Notes: a model not told the origin generated them from the letters alone. A DNA stretch of 64,000 bases from Selaginella moellendorffii (GCF_000143415.4 NW_003314266.1:1200463-1264462); one strand, 5' to 3'; numbered from the stretch's first letter, positions 26,323 to 38,346 are shown. A program made the numbers and translations.

Positions 26323-27468
26323 TTAAACAAGCTGGACACCATATCTTTCTCGATCTTCCTCGACCAAGAGCTGCTTCCACCCCCTATTACTCCATTCCAT
26401 GAGTTTATACCACTTTGTTGGCTTGAGCAACGCGATGTAAACCTTGTCATTCACAGCCTTCATGCTAAAGATCACTACTGGAACATATGTCGGATCTCCC
26501 ACCCATGCTGTAGGTGGATCCTCCTGTGGATCATCGATTCTCAAGCACGCAAGCTCCTTGAGACTACTCTCCACCACTTCCAAAAGCCGGAGGAGCCCGC
26601 GCGTGGGATCATAGCGAGCAACTAAGAACCCATCCTGCCACTTCTCAAGCCTCATCTCTGACGTTGGTCTAGACTCCCCAGTAACAGCAGCGCCAAGCTC
26701 CACAATGGTCTTGTACTCATCTTCTAGCTCATCGTACTTGACCACCCGGTTAGCTCTCAACCCGTACCATTCACCCCCGTGAGAAACTGGGCTGTTGACG
26801 AACTCCTGTGCCATGCAATCGACTTCCTCCCACCCATTGATGCTCGAGTCGAAGACCGACAAGAAGTGGAGCTCGATTCCAAGCAACGCAGTCGACATCA
26901 TGGGCACAGCAAGCTTGAATCGTCTCGGGTCACTCTTGTCAATCGCTATGGCCATTCCACCATTGGGAGCATGTTGTAAGGATTCAAAGCTAGGCAAAGC
27001 CTTCACCCGTCTGCTGAAGAGATCGCACACAAGCACCGTCCATATCCCCGATAACCTCCTCGTACTCCCAAACAGGAAGTAAGCGAGGTTGCTCTCGCGA
27101 TCGTAGGCCATTTCGTTTTGATACTGAAGAGAACTAAAACCATCCTTGACAGTCTGCGCGGACGCAAATTCCATCACAAAGTCCAATGGCGTCGCCTTCA
27201 GTAACACTTCCCCATCACGACTTCTTGGGAGAACAAAGAAGAGCTGGATCAATTCCTTGCCCTCGGGCTCTTCCAACTCGGACTCTGAACTTTCCGAGGA
27301 ACTTCCTTCATTGAAAATTGTACACCCTTGGACTTGCCAAAACCCTGAGCGTAGTATGCTATGCACGCATGCTGCCCATTCCTTGGAAACTAACCTAGCA
27401 TTGCCCAAATCCTCCATGGGAACCATCTCTAGAATTTCCCGAAGGAGTTGCCTAAACACCGCCTTCAT
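26323..27468 (-). CDS. Intronless F-box protein, array copy 3 (open frame)
   Basis: LLREILEMVPMEDLGNARLVSKEWAACV F-box motif; VLVCDLFSRRVKALP and VFDSSINGW typical of FBA/kelch-like domains. Confidence 0.85.
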   Translation of the reverse strand: MKAVFRQLLREILEMVPMEDLGNARLVSKEWAACVHSILRSGFWQVQGCTIFNEGSSSESSESELEEPEGKELIQLFFVLPRSRDGEVLLKATPLDFVMEFASAQTVKDGFSSLQYQNEMAYDRESNLAYFLFGSTRRLSGIWTVLVCDLFSRRVKALPSFESLQHAPNGGMAIAIDKSDPRRFKLAVPMMSTALLGIELHFLSVFDSSINGWEEVDCMAQEFVNSPVSHGGEWYGLRANRVVKYDELEDEYKTIVELGAAVTGESRPTSEMRLEKWQDGFLVARYDPTRGLLRLLEVVESSLKELACLRIDDPQEDPPTAWVGDPTYVPVVIFSMKAVNDKVYIALLKPTKWYKLMEWSNRGWKQLLVEEDRERYGVQLV

Positions 27469-27603
27469 CGCCCCAAAAGCCCTGTTTTTGCCCTAAAATT
27501 TGGAAATTTTGCCTTACACTTTGGATATTTTAGGGCTGAAACCAAGATCTCCAAACCTATATTATTAATAGGAGCTACTTTTAAGGTTTTAATCAAGAGT
27601 TTT

Positions 27604-29210
27604 GCTATTGTTTAATTTTCGACCCACTTACAAGATAAAAGTGTGATCGTAGCTCCCAAAATTTGAGCGCCATTGAGGCTTTCATCCAAAACAAGATATC
27701 TACAAACAAGAAGCTTTTAAATCATGGAAGAAATGCTCCACGCTTACTTAAAAAAAGCCGCAAACATTGGCGTGAGAAATGTCAAAGAACTCAGCTTCGT
27801 GAGGCTCCCTGCAGAACTCACACACTCAAAACTTTCAATCGTGCTAGAGTCGAAGAAAATCCTTCCTTTTCTCTCACCTTTGGTGGCGTTGTAGAAGAAC
27901 ACACCATAGCTTATGGCACTAAAGACCGAGGTGTAAGCTAGAGAAGCCCAGTCACTAACCATGAGATCTTCCAAGTGACCATTCAAGGCGGGCTCGTTGT
28001 TAGACGCTGCGAGGAGTAACAATGGCAAGCCACCAATTATCATATGCTGCGAGAAAAAACAAAACAGAGTTTTTCGAGCTTGAAAGTTTCATGGTTTGCG
28101 TACCCAGCCAGTTGCCATGATCGGATCCGAGAACTTGCACACCCAGCGAACCAAGAGCGTGCCAAGGGCCATGCTTTGAGCAGCGAGGAGCATGTACCAC
28201 TCTCCGCTGCTCCAAAAACTGGAGGAGAATTCTATGCCACCACCGGAGGAAAGCAGTGCTCCCAAGGATTCAGCTGGAACCTGTGGCAAATTCCAGTGAG
28301 ACGATGCAAGAACTATGAAGCTTGTGATCACCTCCAGCAGCAAAAGTCCCGCTACGCCTAGAAGAAGTCCCAAAACTCCCAGAGGCTTGATCGTTTCGTT
28401 GAACAGGATCGACGCGAGAATGGCTACTGTCAAAGGCTGCGAATCTATGATAACCTGCATGAATTCTAAGTGAGAAAAGAACGTAAAAATCCAGTTTTTG
28501 ATTCTATGATCGCAAGAACTTACACTTCCAAGTCCAGCGCTTGTTTTCCCAAGTCCTGCTGCTAGGAATCCCTGGACAGTGTTCGAAGTGAATGAAACAA
28601 ATCGAGGAGAAAACTCCGCAAACCTGGAAGCACGACGCATCGACGATGCTGAAGATGAGAATGTTAAGCCATGATACAGCCCCGACGGCTGCTTCCGGCC
28701 TCGCAAGCTCGCAAATCCGACTAGCAGCAATCCCGCCGGGACAAGCCGCGTCGATGCAACGAAGTAAGGTCCCGCCTTTGGAAGAACTCCTTTCATGGCC
28801 ACCATAGCCGTGCCCCAGAAAAAGAACGGAGATATCAGGAGGAGATTGTCTAGCAGCGCTGTGTCTAAAGCTCCCGAGCTCCCGGTTTGATCCATTCTCT
28901 TCTCGGCGCTGCTGAAAGCTTTGCCGCTGCTTGCTATGAATTCTGGACGAGACAGTGCCGCTGAATCTAAAGTCGCTCTCCAAGTCCGTGTAGACACACT
29001 CCACATCTGTGCCTGTTCCAACGCAGTCCATCTCCTCAAAACTGGCCGGGAACCTTCATCCATTTGGGGTCTGGAGGATTTACTGACGGATTTGTTCTCG
29101 ACGAATTCACCCTCGCTCTCGACTTTCTTGCAAAAACTCGTGCCTGGATCGAATGGTTCTTTGATAATGGCAAAGGAAGATACAACGCATTCGAATGCTC
29201 AAACCCAATA
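27604..29210 (-). pseudogene. EamA paralog, 5'-truncated and frameshifted
   Basis: Near copy of 32754-34410 lacking exon 1. 1-bp deletion near 28674 (GCCATGATACAG vs GCCATGCATACAG); last donor region and last exon damaged. Confidence 0.85.
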
Positions 29211-29265
29211 GTAATCAAATGGCTGCTTACAGTGATAAAGACTTTAGAGCTTGAGAAACCTTTGT

Positions 29266-30363
29266 TTAAACAAGCTGGACACCATATCTTTCTCGATCTT
29301 CCTCGACCAAGAGCTGCTTCCACCCCCTATTACTCCATTCCATGAGTTTATACCACTTTGTTGGCTTGAGCAACGCGATGTAAACCTTGTCATTCACAGC
29401 CTTCATGCTAAAGTTCACTACTGGAACATATGTCGGATCTCCCACCCATGCTGTAGGTGGATCCTCCTGTGGATCATCGATTCTCAAGCACGCAAGCTCC
29501 CTGAGACTACTCTCCACCACTTCCAAAAGCCGGAAGAGCCCGAGCGTGGGATCATAGCGAGCAACTAAGAACCCACCCTGCCACTTCTCAAGCCTCATCT
29601 CTGACATTGGTCTAGACTCCCCAGTAACAGCAGCGCCAAGCTCCACAATGGTCTTGTACTCATCTTCTAGCTCATCGTACTTGACCACCCGGTTAGCTCT
29701 CAACCCGTCCGTACCATTCACCCCCGTGAGAAACTGGGCCTCCCACCCATTGATGCTCGAGTCGAAGACCGACAAGAAGTGGAGTTCGATTCCAAACAAG
29801 GCAGCCGACATCATGGGCACAACAAGCTTGAATCGTCTCGGGTCACTCTTGTCAATCGCTATGGCCATTCCACCATTGGGAGAATGTTGTAAGGATTCAA
29901 AGCTAGGCAAAGCCTTCACCCGTCTGCTGAAGAGATCGCACACAAGCACCGTCCATATCCCCGATAACCCCCTTGTACTCCCAAACAGGAAGTAAGCGAG
30001 GTTGCTCTCGCAATCGTAGGCCATTGCGTTTTGATACTGAAGAGAACTAAAACCCTCCTTGACTGTCTGCGTGGATGCAAATTCCATCACAAAGTCCAAT
30101 GGCATTGCCTTCAGTAACACTTGCCCATCACAACTTCTTGGAAGAACAAAGAAGAGCTGGATCAATTCTTTGCCCTCGGGCTCTTCCTCCAAGGAACTTC
30201 CTTCATTGAAACTTGTACACCTTTGGATTTGCCAAAACCCTGAGCATAATATACTATGCACACATGCTGCCCATTCCTTGGAAACTAAGCTCACATTGCC
30301 CAAATCCTCCATGGAAACCATCTCTAGAATTTCCCGAAGGAGTTGCCTAAACACCGCCGTCAT
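29266..30363 (-). CDS. Intronless F-box protein, array copy 2 (frame restored by compensating indels)
   Basis: Highly similar to 26323-27468; 34-nt deletion plus 4-nt duplication at about 29705-29740. Confidence 0.7.
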   Translation of the reverse strand: MTAVFRQLLREILEMVSMEDLGNVSLVSKEWAACVHSILCSGFWQIQRCTSFNEGSSLEEEPEGKELIQLFFVLPRSCDGQVLLKAMPLDFVMEFASTQTVKEGFSSLQYQNAMAYDCESNLAYFLFGSTRGLSGIWTVLVCDLFSRRVKALPSFESLQHSPNGGMAIAIDKSDPRRFKLVVPMMSAALFGIELHFLSVFDSSINGWEAQFLTGVNGTDGLRANRVVKYDELEDEYKTIVELGAAVTGESRPMSEMRLEKWQGGFLVARYDPTLGLFRLLEVVESSLRELACLRIDDPQEDPPTAWVGDPTYVPVVNFSMKAVNDKVYIALLKPTKWYKLMEWSNRGWKQLLVEEDRERYGVQLV

Positions 30364-30443
30364 CGCCCCAAAAACCCTAGAATATTTTAGGGCTGAAACC
30401 ATATTAATAGGAGCTACTTTTGAGGCTTTAATCGAGAATTTTG

Positions 30444-31390
30444 CTATTGTTTAATTTTCGACTCAGGGGCCTTGCATTTACAAGATAAATTCCAGCAAGT
30501 GTGATCGTAGCTCCCAAAATTTGAGCGCCATTGAGGCTTTCATCCAAAACAAGATATCTACAAACAAGAAGCTTTTAAATCATGGAAGAAATGCTCCACG
30601 CTTACCCAAAAAAAGCCGCAAACATTGGTGTGAGAAATGTCAAAGAACTGAGGCTCCCTGCAGAACTCACAAACTCGAAACTTTCAATCGCGCTAGAGTC
30701 GAAGAAAATCCTTCCTTTTCTCTCACCTTTGGTGGCGTTGTAGAAGAACACACCATAGCTTATAGCACTCCCAAAGATCGAGGTGTAAGCTAGAGAAGCC
30801 CAGTCACTAACCATGAGATCTTCCAAGTGACCATTCAAGGCGGGCTCGCTGTTAGACGCTGCGAGGAGTAACAATGGCAAGCCACCAATTATCATATGCT
30901 GCAAGAAAAAACAAAACAGAGTTTTTCGAGCTTGAAAGTTCCATGGTTTGCGTACGCAGCCAGTTGCCATGATCGGATCCGAGAACTTGCACACCCAGCG
31001 AACCAAGAGCGTGCCAAGGGCCATGCTTTGAGCAGCAAGGAGGATGTACCGCTCCATTGCTTTCCTCCGGTGATGACATAGAATTCTCCTCCAGTTTTTG
31101 GAGCAGTGGACTCCCAAGGATTCAGCTGGATGCTGCTGGAGGTGATCAAAAGCTTCATAGTTCTTGCATCGTCTCACTGGAATTTGCCACAGGTGAAGCC
31201 CCGCTTTGCCTAGAAGAAATCCCAAAACTCCTAGAGGCCTGATCGTTGCGTTGAAGAGGATCGACGCGAGAATGGCTACTGTCAAAGGCTGCGAATCTAT
31301 GATAGTCTGCATGAATTTTCTAGGAAGTAGAAATCCAGCTTTTGATCTTATGATCTCAAAAACCTACACTTCCAAGTCCTTTTCCCAAGT
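30444..31390 (-). pseudogene. EamA paralog, 3' half only, with two microinversions
   Basis: IIDSQPLTVAILAS..MIIGGLPLLL..LSSLTFLTPMFA; 31055-31110 and 31131-31194 are inverted relative to the intact gene. Confidence 0.9.
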
Positions 31391-31505
31391 AGAATGAAAC
31401 AACCTGTCAAAACTAATTCTAGGAGTTATCATAAGACTATAGTTTTACATGGCGTGCATTATAACATGAGGCATCGAAATGCAATGAGTTCTCTCTTTTT
31501 TCTTC

Positions 31506-32630
31506 CTATGGACGCAAGAGATCGCATAGAGGGCCAGGTCTCGAAAAGAAAACTACTTTTTTTTTAAAACCTTTGTTTAAACAATGGACAGCATATCTTC
31601 CTTCAGCTTCCTCGACCAAGAGCTGCTTCCACTCCCCATTACTCCATTCCATGAGTTTATACCACTCTGTTGTGAGCAATGCGATATAAACCTTGTCATT
31701 CATAGTTTTCATGCTAAATTCCAGATCTGTCGACGGTGGATCCTCATGTGGATCATCGATTCTCAAGCACGCAAGCTCCTTGAAACTACTCTCCACCACT
31801 TCCAAAAGCCGGAGGAGCCCGCTCGTGGGATCATAGCGAGCAACTAAGAACCCATCCTGCCACTTCTCAAGCCTCATCTCTGACGGTGGTCTAGACTCCC
31901 CAGTAACAGCAGCGCCAAGCTCCACAATGATCTTGTACTTCTCACCTTCTAGCCCATCGTACTTGACCACCCGCTTACGTCTCAACCCGTACCATTCACC
32001 CCCGTGAGAAACTGGGCTGTTAACGAAATCCTGTGCCATGCGATCGACTTCCTCCCACCCATTGATGCTCGAGTCGAAGACCGACAAGAAGTGGGATTCG
32101 AATCCATGCAACACAGACGACATCATGGGCACAACAAGCTTGTATCGTCTCGCGTCACTCTTGTCAATCACTATGGCCATTCCACCCTTGGGATCATGTC
32201 CCAAGGATTGAAAGCTAGGCAAAGCCTTCACCTGTCTGTTGAAGAGATCGCACACAAGCACCGTCCATAGCGTCCTGAACCTGTGCGTACTCACAAACAG
32301 GAAGTAAGCGAGGTTGCTCTTGTGATCGTAGGCCATATTGCCTTCATAAGCAAGAGGATCAAATCCCTCCTCAACACTCTGCGTGGACGCAAATTCCACC
32401 ACAAAGTCCAGCGGCATCGCCTTCAGTAACACTTCCCGATCATGACTTCTTGGGAGAACATAGAAGAGCTGCTTCAACTCCTTGAGCCGGGGCTTCTCCA
32501 AGGAACTTCCCTCACTGAAAATTATACACCTTTCGACTTGCCAAAAGCCTGAGCGTAGAATGCTATGCACACATGCTGCCCATTCCTTTGAAACTAACCT
32601 TACACTGCCCAAATCTTCCATGGGAACCAT
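31506..32630 (-). CDS. F-box protein, array copy 1; ancestral ATG (32662) put out of frame by a 10-nt deletion
   Basis: ATG 32662 reads MKDNSFRKF*; the long ORF starts at MVPMEDLG and lacks the first F-box helix; the rest is homologous to copies 2 and 3. Confidence 0.65.
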   Translation of the reverse strand: MVPMEDLGSVRLVSKEWAACVHSILRSGFWQVERCIIFSEGSSLEKPRLKELKQLFYVLPRSHDREVLLKAMPLDFVVEFASTQSVEEGFDPLAYEGNMAYDHKSNLAYFLFVSTHRFRTLWTVLVCDLFNRQVKALPSFQSLGHDPKGGMAIVIDKSDARRYKLVVPMMSSVLHGFESHFLSVFDSSINGWEEVDRMAQDFVNSPVSHGGEWYGLRRKRVVKYDGLEGEKYKIIVELGAAVTGESRPPSEMRLEKWQDGFLVARYDPTSGLLRLLEVVESSFKELACLRIDDPHEDPPSTDLEFSMKTMNDKVYIALLTTEWYKLMEWSNGEWKQLLVEEAEGRYAVHCLNKGFKKKVVFFSRPGPLCDLLRP

Positions 32631-32753
32631 CTCTAAAATTTCCTGAAGGAGTTGTCCTTCATCGCCCCAAAACCCTTCATATTTTAAGGATATTTTAGGG
32701 CTGAAACCACAGATATATACTCTGTTGGATTAAGGCTTTAATCAAGAATTTTG

Positions 32754-34524
32754 CTATTGTTTAATTTTCGACTCAGGGGGCCTTGCATTTACAAGATAAA
32801 TACCAGCGAGTGTGATCGTAGCTCCCAAAATTTGAGCGCCATTGAGGCTTTCATCCAAAACAAGATATCTACAAACAAGAAGCTTTTAAATCATGGAAAA
32901 AATGCTCCACGCTTACCCAAAAAAAGCTGCAAACATTGGTGTGAGAAATGTCAAAGAACTCAGCTTCGTGAGGCTCCCTGCAGAACTCACAAACTCAAAA
33001 CTTTCAATCGCGCTAGAGTCGAAGAAAATCCTTCCTTTTCTCTCACCTTTGGTGGCGTTGTAGAAGAACACACCATAGCTTATAGCACTCCCAAAGATCG
33101 AGGTGTAAGCTAGAGAAGCCCAGTCACTAACCATGAGATCTTCCAAGTGACCATTCAAGGCGGGCTCGTTGTTAGACGCTGCGAGGAGCAACAATGGCAA
33201 GCCACCAATTATCATATGCTGCGAGAAAAAACAAAACAGAGTTTTTCGAGCTTGAAAGTTTCATGGTTTGCGTACCCAGCCAGTTGCCATGATCGGATCC
33301 GAGAACTTGCACACCCAGCGAACCAAGAGCGTGCCAAGGGCCATGCTTTGAGCAGCGAGGAGCATGTACCACTCTCCGCTGCTCCAAAAACTGGAGGAGA
33401 ATTCTATGCCACCACCGGAGGAAAGCAGTGCTCCCAAGGATTCAGCTGGAACCTGTGGCAAATTCCAGTGAGACGATGCAAGAACTATGAAGCTTGTGAT
33501 CACCTCCAGCAGCAAAAGCCCCGCTACACCTAGAAGAAGTCCCAAAGCTCCAAGAGGCTTGATCGTTTCGTTGAACAGGATCGACGCGAGAATGGCTACT
33601 GTCAAAGGCTGCGAATCTATGATAACCTGCATGAATTCTAAGTGAGAAAAGAACGTAAAAATCCAGTTTTTGATTCTATGATCGCAAGAACTTAACACTT
33701 CCAAGTCCAGCGCTTGTTTTCCCAAGTCCTGCTGCTAGGAATCCCTGGACAGTGTTCGAAGTGAATGAAACAAATCGAGGAGAAAACTCCGCAAACCTGG
33801 AAGCACGACGCATCGACGATGCTGAAGACGAGAATGCTAAGCCATGCATACAGCCCCGACGGCTGCTTCCGGCCTCGCAAGCTCGCAAATCCGACTAGCA
33901 GCAATCCAGCCGGGACAAGCCGCGTCGATGCAACGAAGTAAGGTCCGGCCTTTGGAAGAACTCCTTTCATGGCCACCATAGCCGTGCCCCAGAAAAAGAA
34001 CGGCGATATCAGGAGGAGATTGTCTAGCAGCACTGTGTTTAAAGCTCCCGAGCTCCCGGTTTGATCCGTTCTCTTCTCGGCGCTGCTGAAATCTTTGCTG
34101 CTGCTCGCTGGGTCCGATGAATCGATCGCTCTGGACGAGACAGTGCCGCCGAATCTAAAGTCGCTCTCCAAGTCCCTGTAGACACACTCCACATCTGTGC
34201 CTGTTCCAACGCAGTCCATCTCCTCAAAACTGGTCGGGATTTTTCTCCCATTTTCGAGCAGCTCGGGTTTGCCGACGAATTTGGTCTCGACGATTTCAGC
34301 TTCGCTCTCGACTTTCTTGCAAAACACTCGAAACTCGTGTCTGGATCGTATGATTCTTTGATGGTGGCACTGATCCAAGCAAGATATAACGCATTCATCT
34401 CAAACCCAGATGGAAAATCTCTTACCGGGAAGAAAGCTCTCCCGAGAAGGGAGCTCGCATCCTTGACAGGCAGCCGAATTCCTCTGTGAATCCTGGAAGC
34501 GCCCAAATGGCTCGAGGCAGCCAT
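32754..34524 (-). CDS. Plastid EamA/DMT transporter (WAT1-related At3g02690/PecM-like), intact copy
   Basis: Transit peptide; DCVGTGTDVECV; LISPFFFWGTAMVAMK; FQGFLAAGL.KTSAGLGSVIIDSQPLTVA; GEWYMLLAAQSMALGT; last exon YLVLDESLNGAQILGATITLAGIYLVN. Confidence 0.92.
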
Positions 34525-34964
34525 AGCTGCCACGATACACGATACCTCGGATCAAATGCCGCCGTTGGATCTTCATTTTGAATGAATCTCCGTAAACCCT
34601 AAGAGAAATCTTCGCTTGCCACGATCGAACCCGCGACCTCGAACAGCCTTGCCACGTGGCAGCTTCCTTCTTCTTCTTTTTTTCCAGTATAAAGCAAGTA
34701 TTTCGAAAGCCCTAACAGACAGGTCAGGTAGCGCAAAAATCTGCGCGTTGCTTCTTTGCTCCTCTTCTACGATCGCGGCGCTAGGTCGATTCTTTGATTC
34801 TCTCAGTGATCAGCATTGCAGTCAATCAGCGCCGGATTCTATGAAATCGCCATCAGCGAATGCGAGATGAGAAGGACATGCGACGTTCGTGATCGGTGTC
34901 GCCATGTCCGGCACGGTTCTTGCAGTACAGGAGCCCTCTCCAGTTCTAGGGCAGCTTTCTCGAA

Positions 34965-37340
34965 ATGCACAGTGAGTTCTCTCTTCTTTTTTCTCCCTTG
35001 TTCTTTGGCTTCTTTGTTTTCTTCTCATTGCTGTGGAAAAATGGACTCTTTAGAGTATCGTATGATATGCAAGAAAGGCGAAGGCACCTTCTCGGAGGTG
35101 CTGAAAGCACAATGCCACAAATCCAACAAATATGTAGCTATCAAATGTATGAAGAACACTTTCGACAGTTTAGAACAGGTGACTTATCTGTTTATCCTCT
35201 TTTCTTTTTCTCATCCGTGTAGTTTATCTCATTTGCTCAGGTAACCAATCTCCGAGAAATCCAGGCTTTGCAGAGGCTTTCACCTCACACGAATGTGATA
35301 AAGCTCTTGGAAGTTCTCTAGTAAGATAACCATTCGCTTTGTTTAAATGCGGTGCTTACGTTCGTCAGTAATGTTTTTTCTGCAGCGATCAGCCTACGGG
35401 AAGGTTAGCGTTAGTTTTCGAGCTCATGGACATGAACATCTACGAATTGATCCGCGGGAGGCGAACCTATGTCTCCGAAGACCGGATCAAGAGCTATATG
35501 TTTCAGCTCTTAAAAGGTATGCTGACTGTTACAACGCTGAGCTGACAGATGCTTTCTTCTTCAGCAATGGATCACATGCACAGAAACGGTATTTTCCATC
35601 GAGACATAAAGCCAGAAAACATCTTAATCATGGAAGAATCCCTCAAGGTACTGTGTTTCTCAGCTGTAACCTGTGTGGTTCTAATGTTTTTTACATGTGA
35701 ATTGCAGCTTGCAGACTTGGGAAGTTGTCGAGGTGTTTATTCAAAGCAGCCATACACTGAATACATCTCGACAAGATGGTAACAAACTCGCTGAGGCTTC
35801 TTTTTTTTTTTTTGCGACAAGATGGTAACCAGAAAATTAATAATCCGAGTTTTGCTCAATTTCTCGTTTTTAAGCATAAACTGCAGGTATCGAGCCCCGG
35901 AATGCCTTCTTACAGACGGCTACTACAATTACAAAATGGATATGTGGGGAGTTGGATGCGTCTTTTTCGAGATTATTAGCTTGTTTCCTCTTTTTCCAGG
36001 TATATTCTCGTGTGGAAGCATCAAACAGGACTCATCTGCTCTTTCCAGGAACTAATGAGCTGGATCAAATACAAAAAATTCATAAAGTCATGGGAACACC
36101 TCCACAGCAGCTGCTAGACAAAATGAGGAGGTATTAGATCCGTTTTTCGGCTTTGTTTCCAATGTCTCTGTTTTGTCAGCAGGAGATCTCAGCATGCGGA
36201 CTTTAAGTTCCCCCAGCAAGACGGGACTGGGATCGCAAGGCTCATTCCTCATGCGTCACCGGCTTGCGTTGAGCTTCTAAACAAACTCCTTGCTTATAAC
36301 CCGGATGACAGGTTTGTGAATTTGCTTGCAACTAAACATGTCAGTAATTTTTTTGTAGCAGGATATCGGCCAGGCAGGCGCTGAGACATCCTTACTTCAA
36401 GGAGCTGCGCGAGAAGGAAAAGCTACAGCAGGCCTTTGCGAATGCTAACAGGGCTAACAGTCTGCGGCCGTCACCAAGGTACTGGCAGAAAGCTCGGTTT
36501 CGCACTTTGTAAAACTTTTATCCATTGCAGTCATCGCAGACTAGCCATGCACGACGTTTCCCCTCAAAAGTCGAAAGACGAGGATGCAAAGCTGCAAGGC
36601 CTGGGGACTGGGAATCCGAGTGCCGCAAGCACACCACGATCAATGGCTAGTACACAGCTTCCGTGCCTCAACGTGAATAGCAAAGCTAAAGAGGTACTAC
36701 GCTATTGTTTTGTCGTGAGGTTTTTCTCAGTTACGTTTTAGCTTTCACAGGACGGGAAAGACACAGGTGGTTCCAGTCCTTTATCTCATGCTGGGGATTC
36801 GCGAACGCCAGCGACGTTAACTTCTGTTGGCTCCGCTGTATCAGTGAATGTTGGTGGAGCTACAGACGCTGGGAGTTCGTGCATGGATTTAGACGGCGGC
36901 GGCGGCGGCGGCGGGTGTAGCAGCTCTACTCATGGATTGCCACCGATCAAGAACAGCTATACGTTGTCCATGCTTTCTCCAAAGCCGCAGCTCTCAAGTC
37001 TACACAGGCACTCACATTATCATTCACCAAAGGTACTCCCCTTTTGTTTCTTTCTTTGAGACTGATGGTCCTTGCCTCAGGCACATAGTGTCAAAGGTGT
37101 GAAGATCGTGAAAGGCACCAAGAGCCACCGTGTTCTTCCGGAGCTATCGCCCAAGAGCATCTCCGGAGGATACAAGCCCGGGGAGCCGCCGCCTTACAAG
37201 AAGCGAGCCAATTCCAAGTAAGGGAGCTTCGTTTTGTTTGTCAATTCTCCAATCAATTTCTCACAAATGTTTGTCATTCCAGGTACACAAGTCCATACTC
37301 GCAAAAGTATATCAATCACCTCGCAGCGACATTGGTTTGA
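34965..37340 (+). CDS. LF4: MOK/RAGE-family ciliary-length kinase (Chlamydomonas LF4-like), multi-exon
   Basis: ATGCACA|intron|AGTATCGT gives [22 protein letters not shown]; HRDIKPEN; ADLGSCRG; [29 protein letters not shown]; tail [12 protein letters not shown]. Confidence 0.92.
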
Positions 37341-37467
37341 CAAAAAAAAATGCGAGACTTTTGCTTGCCATCGACAAAAAGGAAAAGCCAATTTTTCTCT
37401 GTATAATCAAACAAGGGAGAGCACATTATATTTGTTGGCATGAGGAGCAGAAAACTACGTGCAATTC

Positions 37468-38346
37468 ATGGAAAGGACTTACTGCCTCATTGGCATACTT
37501 TTTACTCTCATTCTTTTACCAGCGAGTCGCGCAGTAGATCTTCAATATGGCGGAATTCGAAGGCTAACAAGGCCAATCGCAACGATAGTAATGACAGCGA
37601 TTAGAGACCTCATCCAAAAATCCACAAGATCGCCTTGGCTATCAATGGGCTATAGCTTCACACGGAGCATTCCTGTCGGAGGAGGATACTTCGTCCATAT
37701 AAGGATTTGGATCACTGTTCCTCTTCGCAATGGGCTCACAGCCTTCGCTCCATCGTCTTTCCAAGAATCGACGCTGGAAATTCGGCAACAGCTCTTTGAT
37801 ATTCTCCGCTACGTTTGGGAGTTTGTGGTCGGCATGCGCATGGAATTTATGAGCGCCGTGGAGGGAATCTATGGAATCGAGTACCACCGCACCACAAATC
37901 CCCGCGACGAGCTGCTTAGTGTTAATCACGCCGCTTATAATCGCTTCCAAAGCGTGGTTGGCAGTGGCAGCGAGAGCGTCTCTAAGACCAACTTAGTGAG
38001 TAACACGCCGTTTAAGTACCTGCGCGATTCGCTAATCTCCACCAGCCTTCGCTATAAGCTGGAGATGCGAGGCGGCTGTTACCTCGTGTTGTACGACACA
38101 GCTTTTCACGACGATATTTGGACCAGTGGCACGTACGGACTTGGCTATGGATGCTTTGTGGAGCTCGAGCCCAGCCCTAACCTGGCGATCTATGACGAAG
38201 GTGGGAAGCTCGTGAGGTATCTCTACGAATCTGGCTGTGACAACTGCGATCGATCGTCGGCGCTGGTCGTCCAGGACGATGGGAATGTGGTGCTCTACCT
38301 GACCGACACTGGCGAGGCGATCTGGGCTACCGGGACGAATCGCTGA
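37468..38346 (+). CDS. Secreted protein: unknown N-terminal domain + GNA/bulb-type lectin (paralog 1)
   Basis: Signal peptide (…LPASRA/VD), RDELL at the domain end, Ser-rich linker, lectin with QDDGNVVLY and IWATGT. Intronless. Confidence 0.9.
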   Translation: MERTYCLIGILFTLILLPASRAVDLQYGGIRRLTRPIATIVMTAIRDLIQKSTRSPWLSMGYSFTRSIPVGGGYFVHIRIWITVPLRNGLTAFAPSSFQESTLEIRQQLFDILRYVWEFVVGMRMEFMSAVEGIYGIEYHRTTNPRDELLSVNHAAYNRFQSVVGSGSESVSKTNLVSNTPFKYLRDSLISTSLRYKLEMRGGCYLVLYDTAFHDDIWTSGTYGLGYGCFVELEPSPNLAIYDEGGKLVRYLYESGCDNCDRSSALVVQDDGNVVLYLTDTGEAIWATGTNR

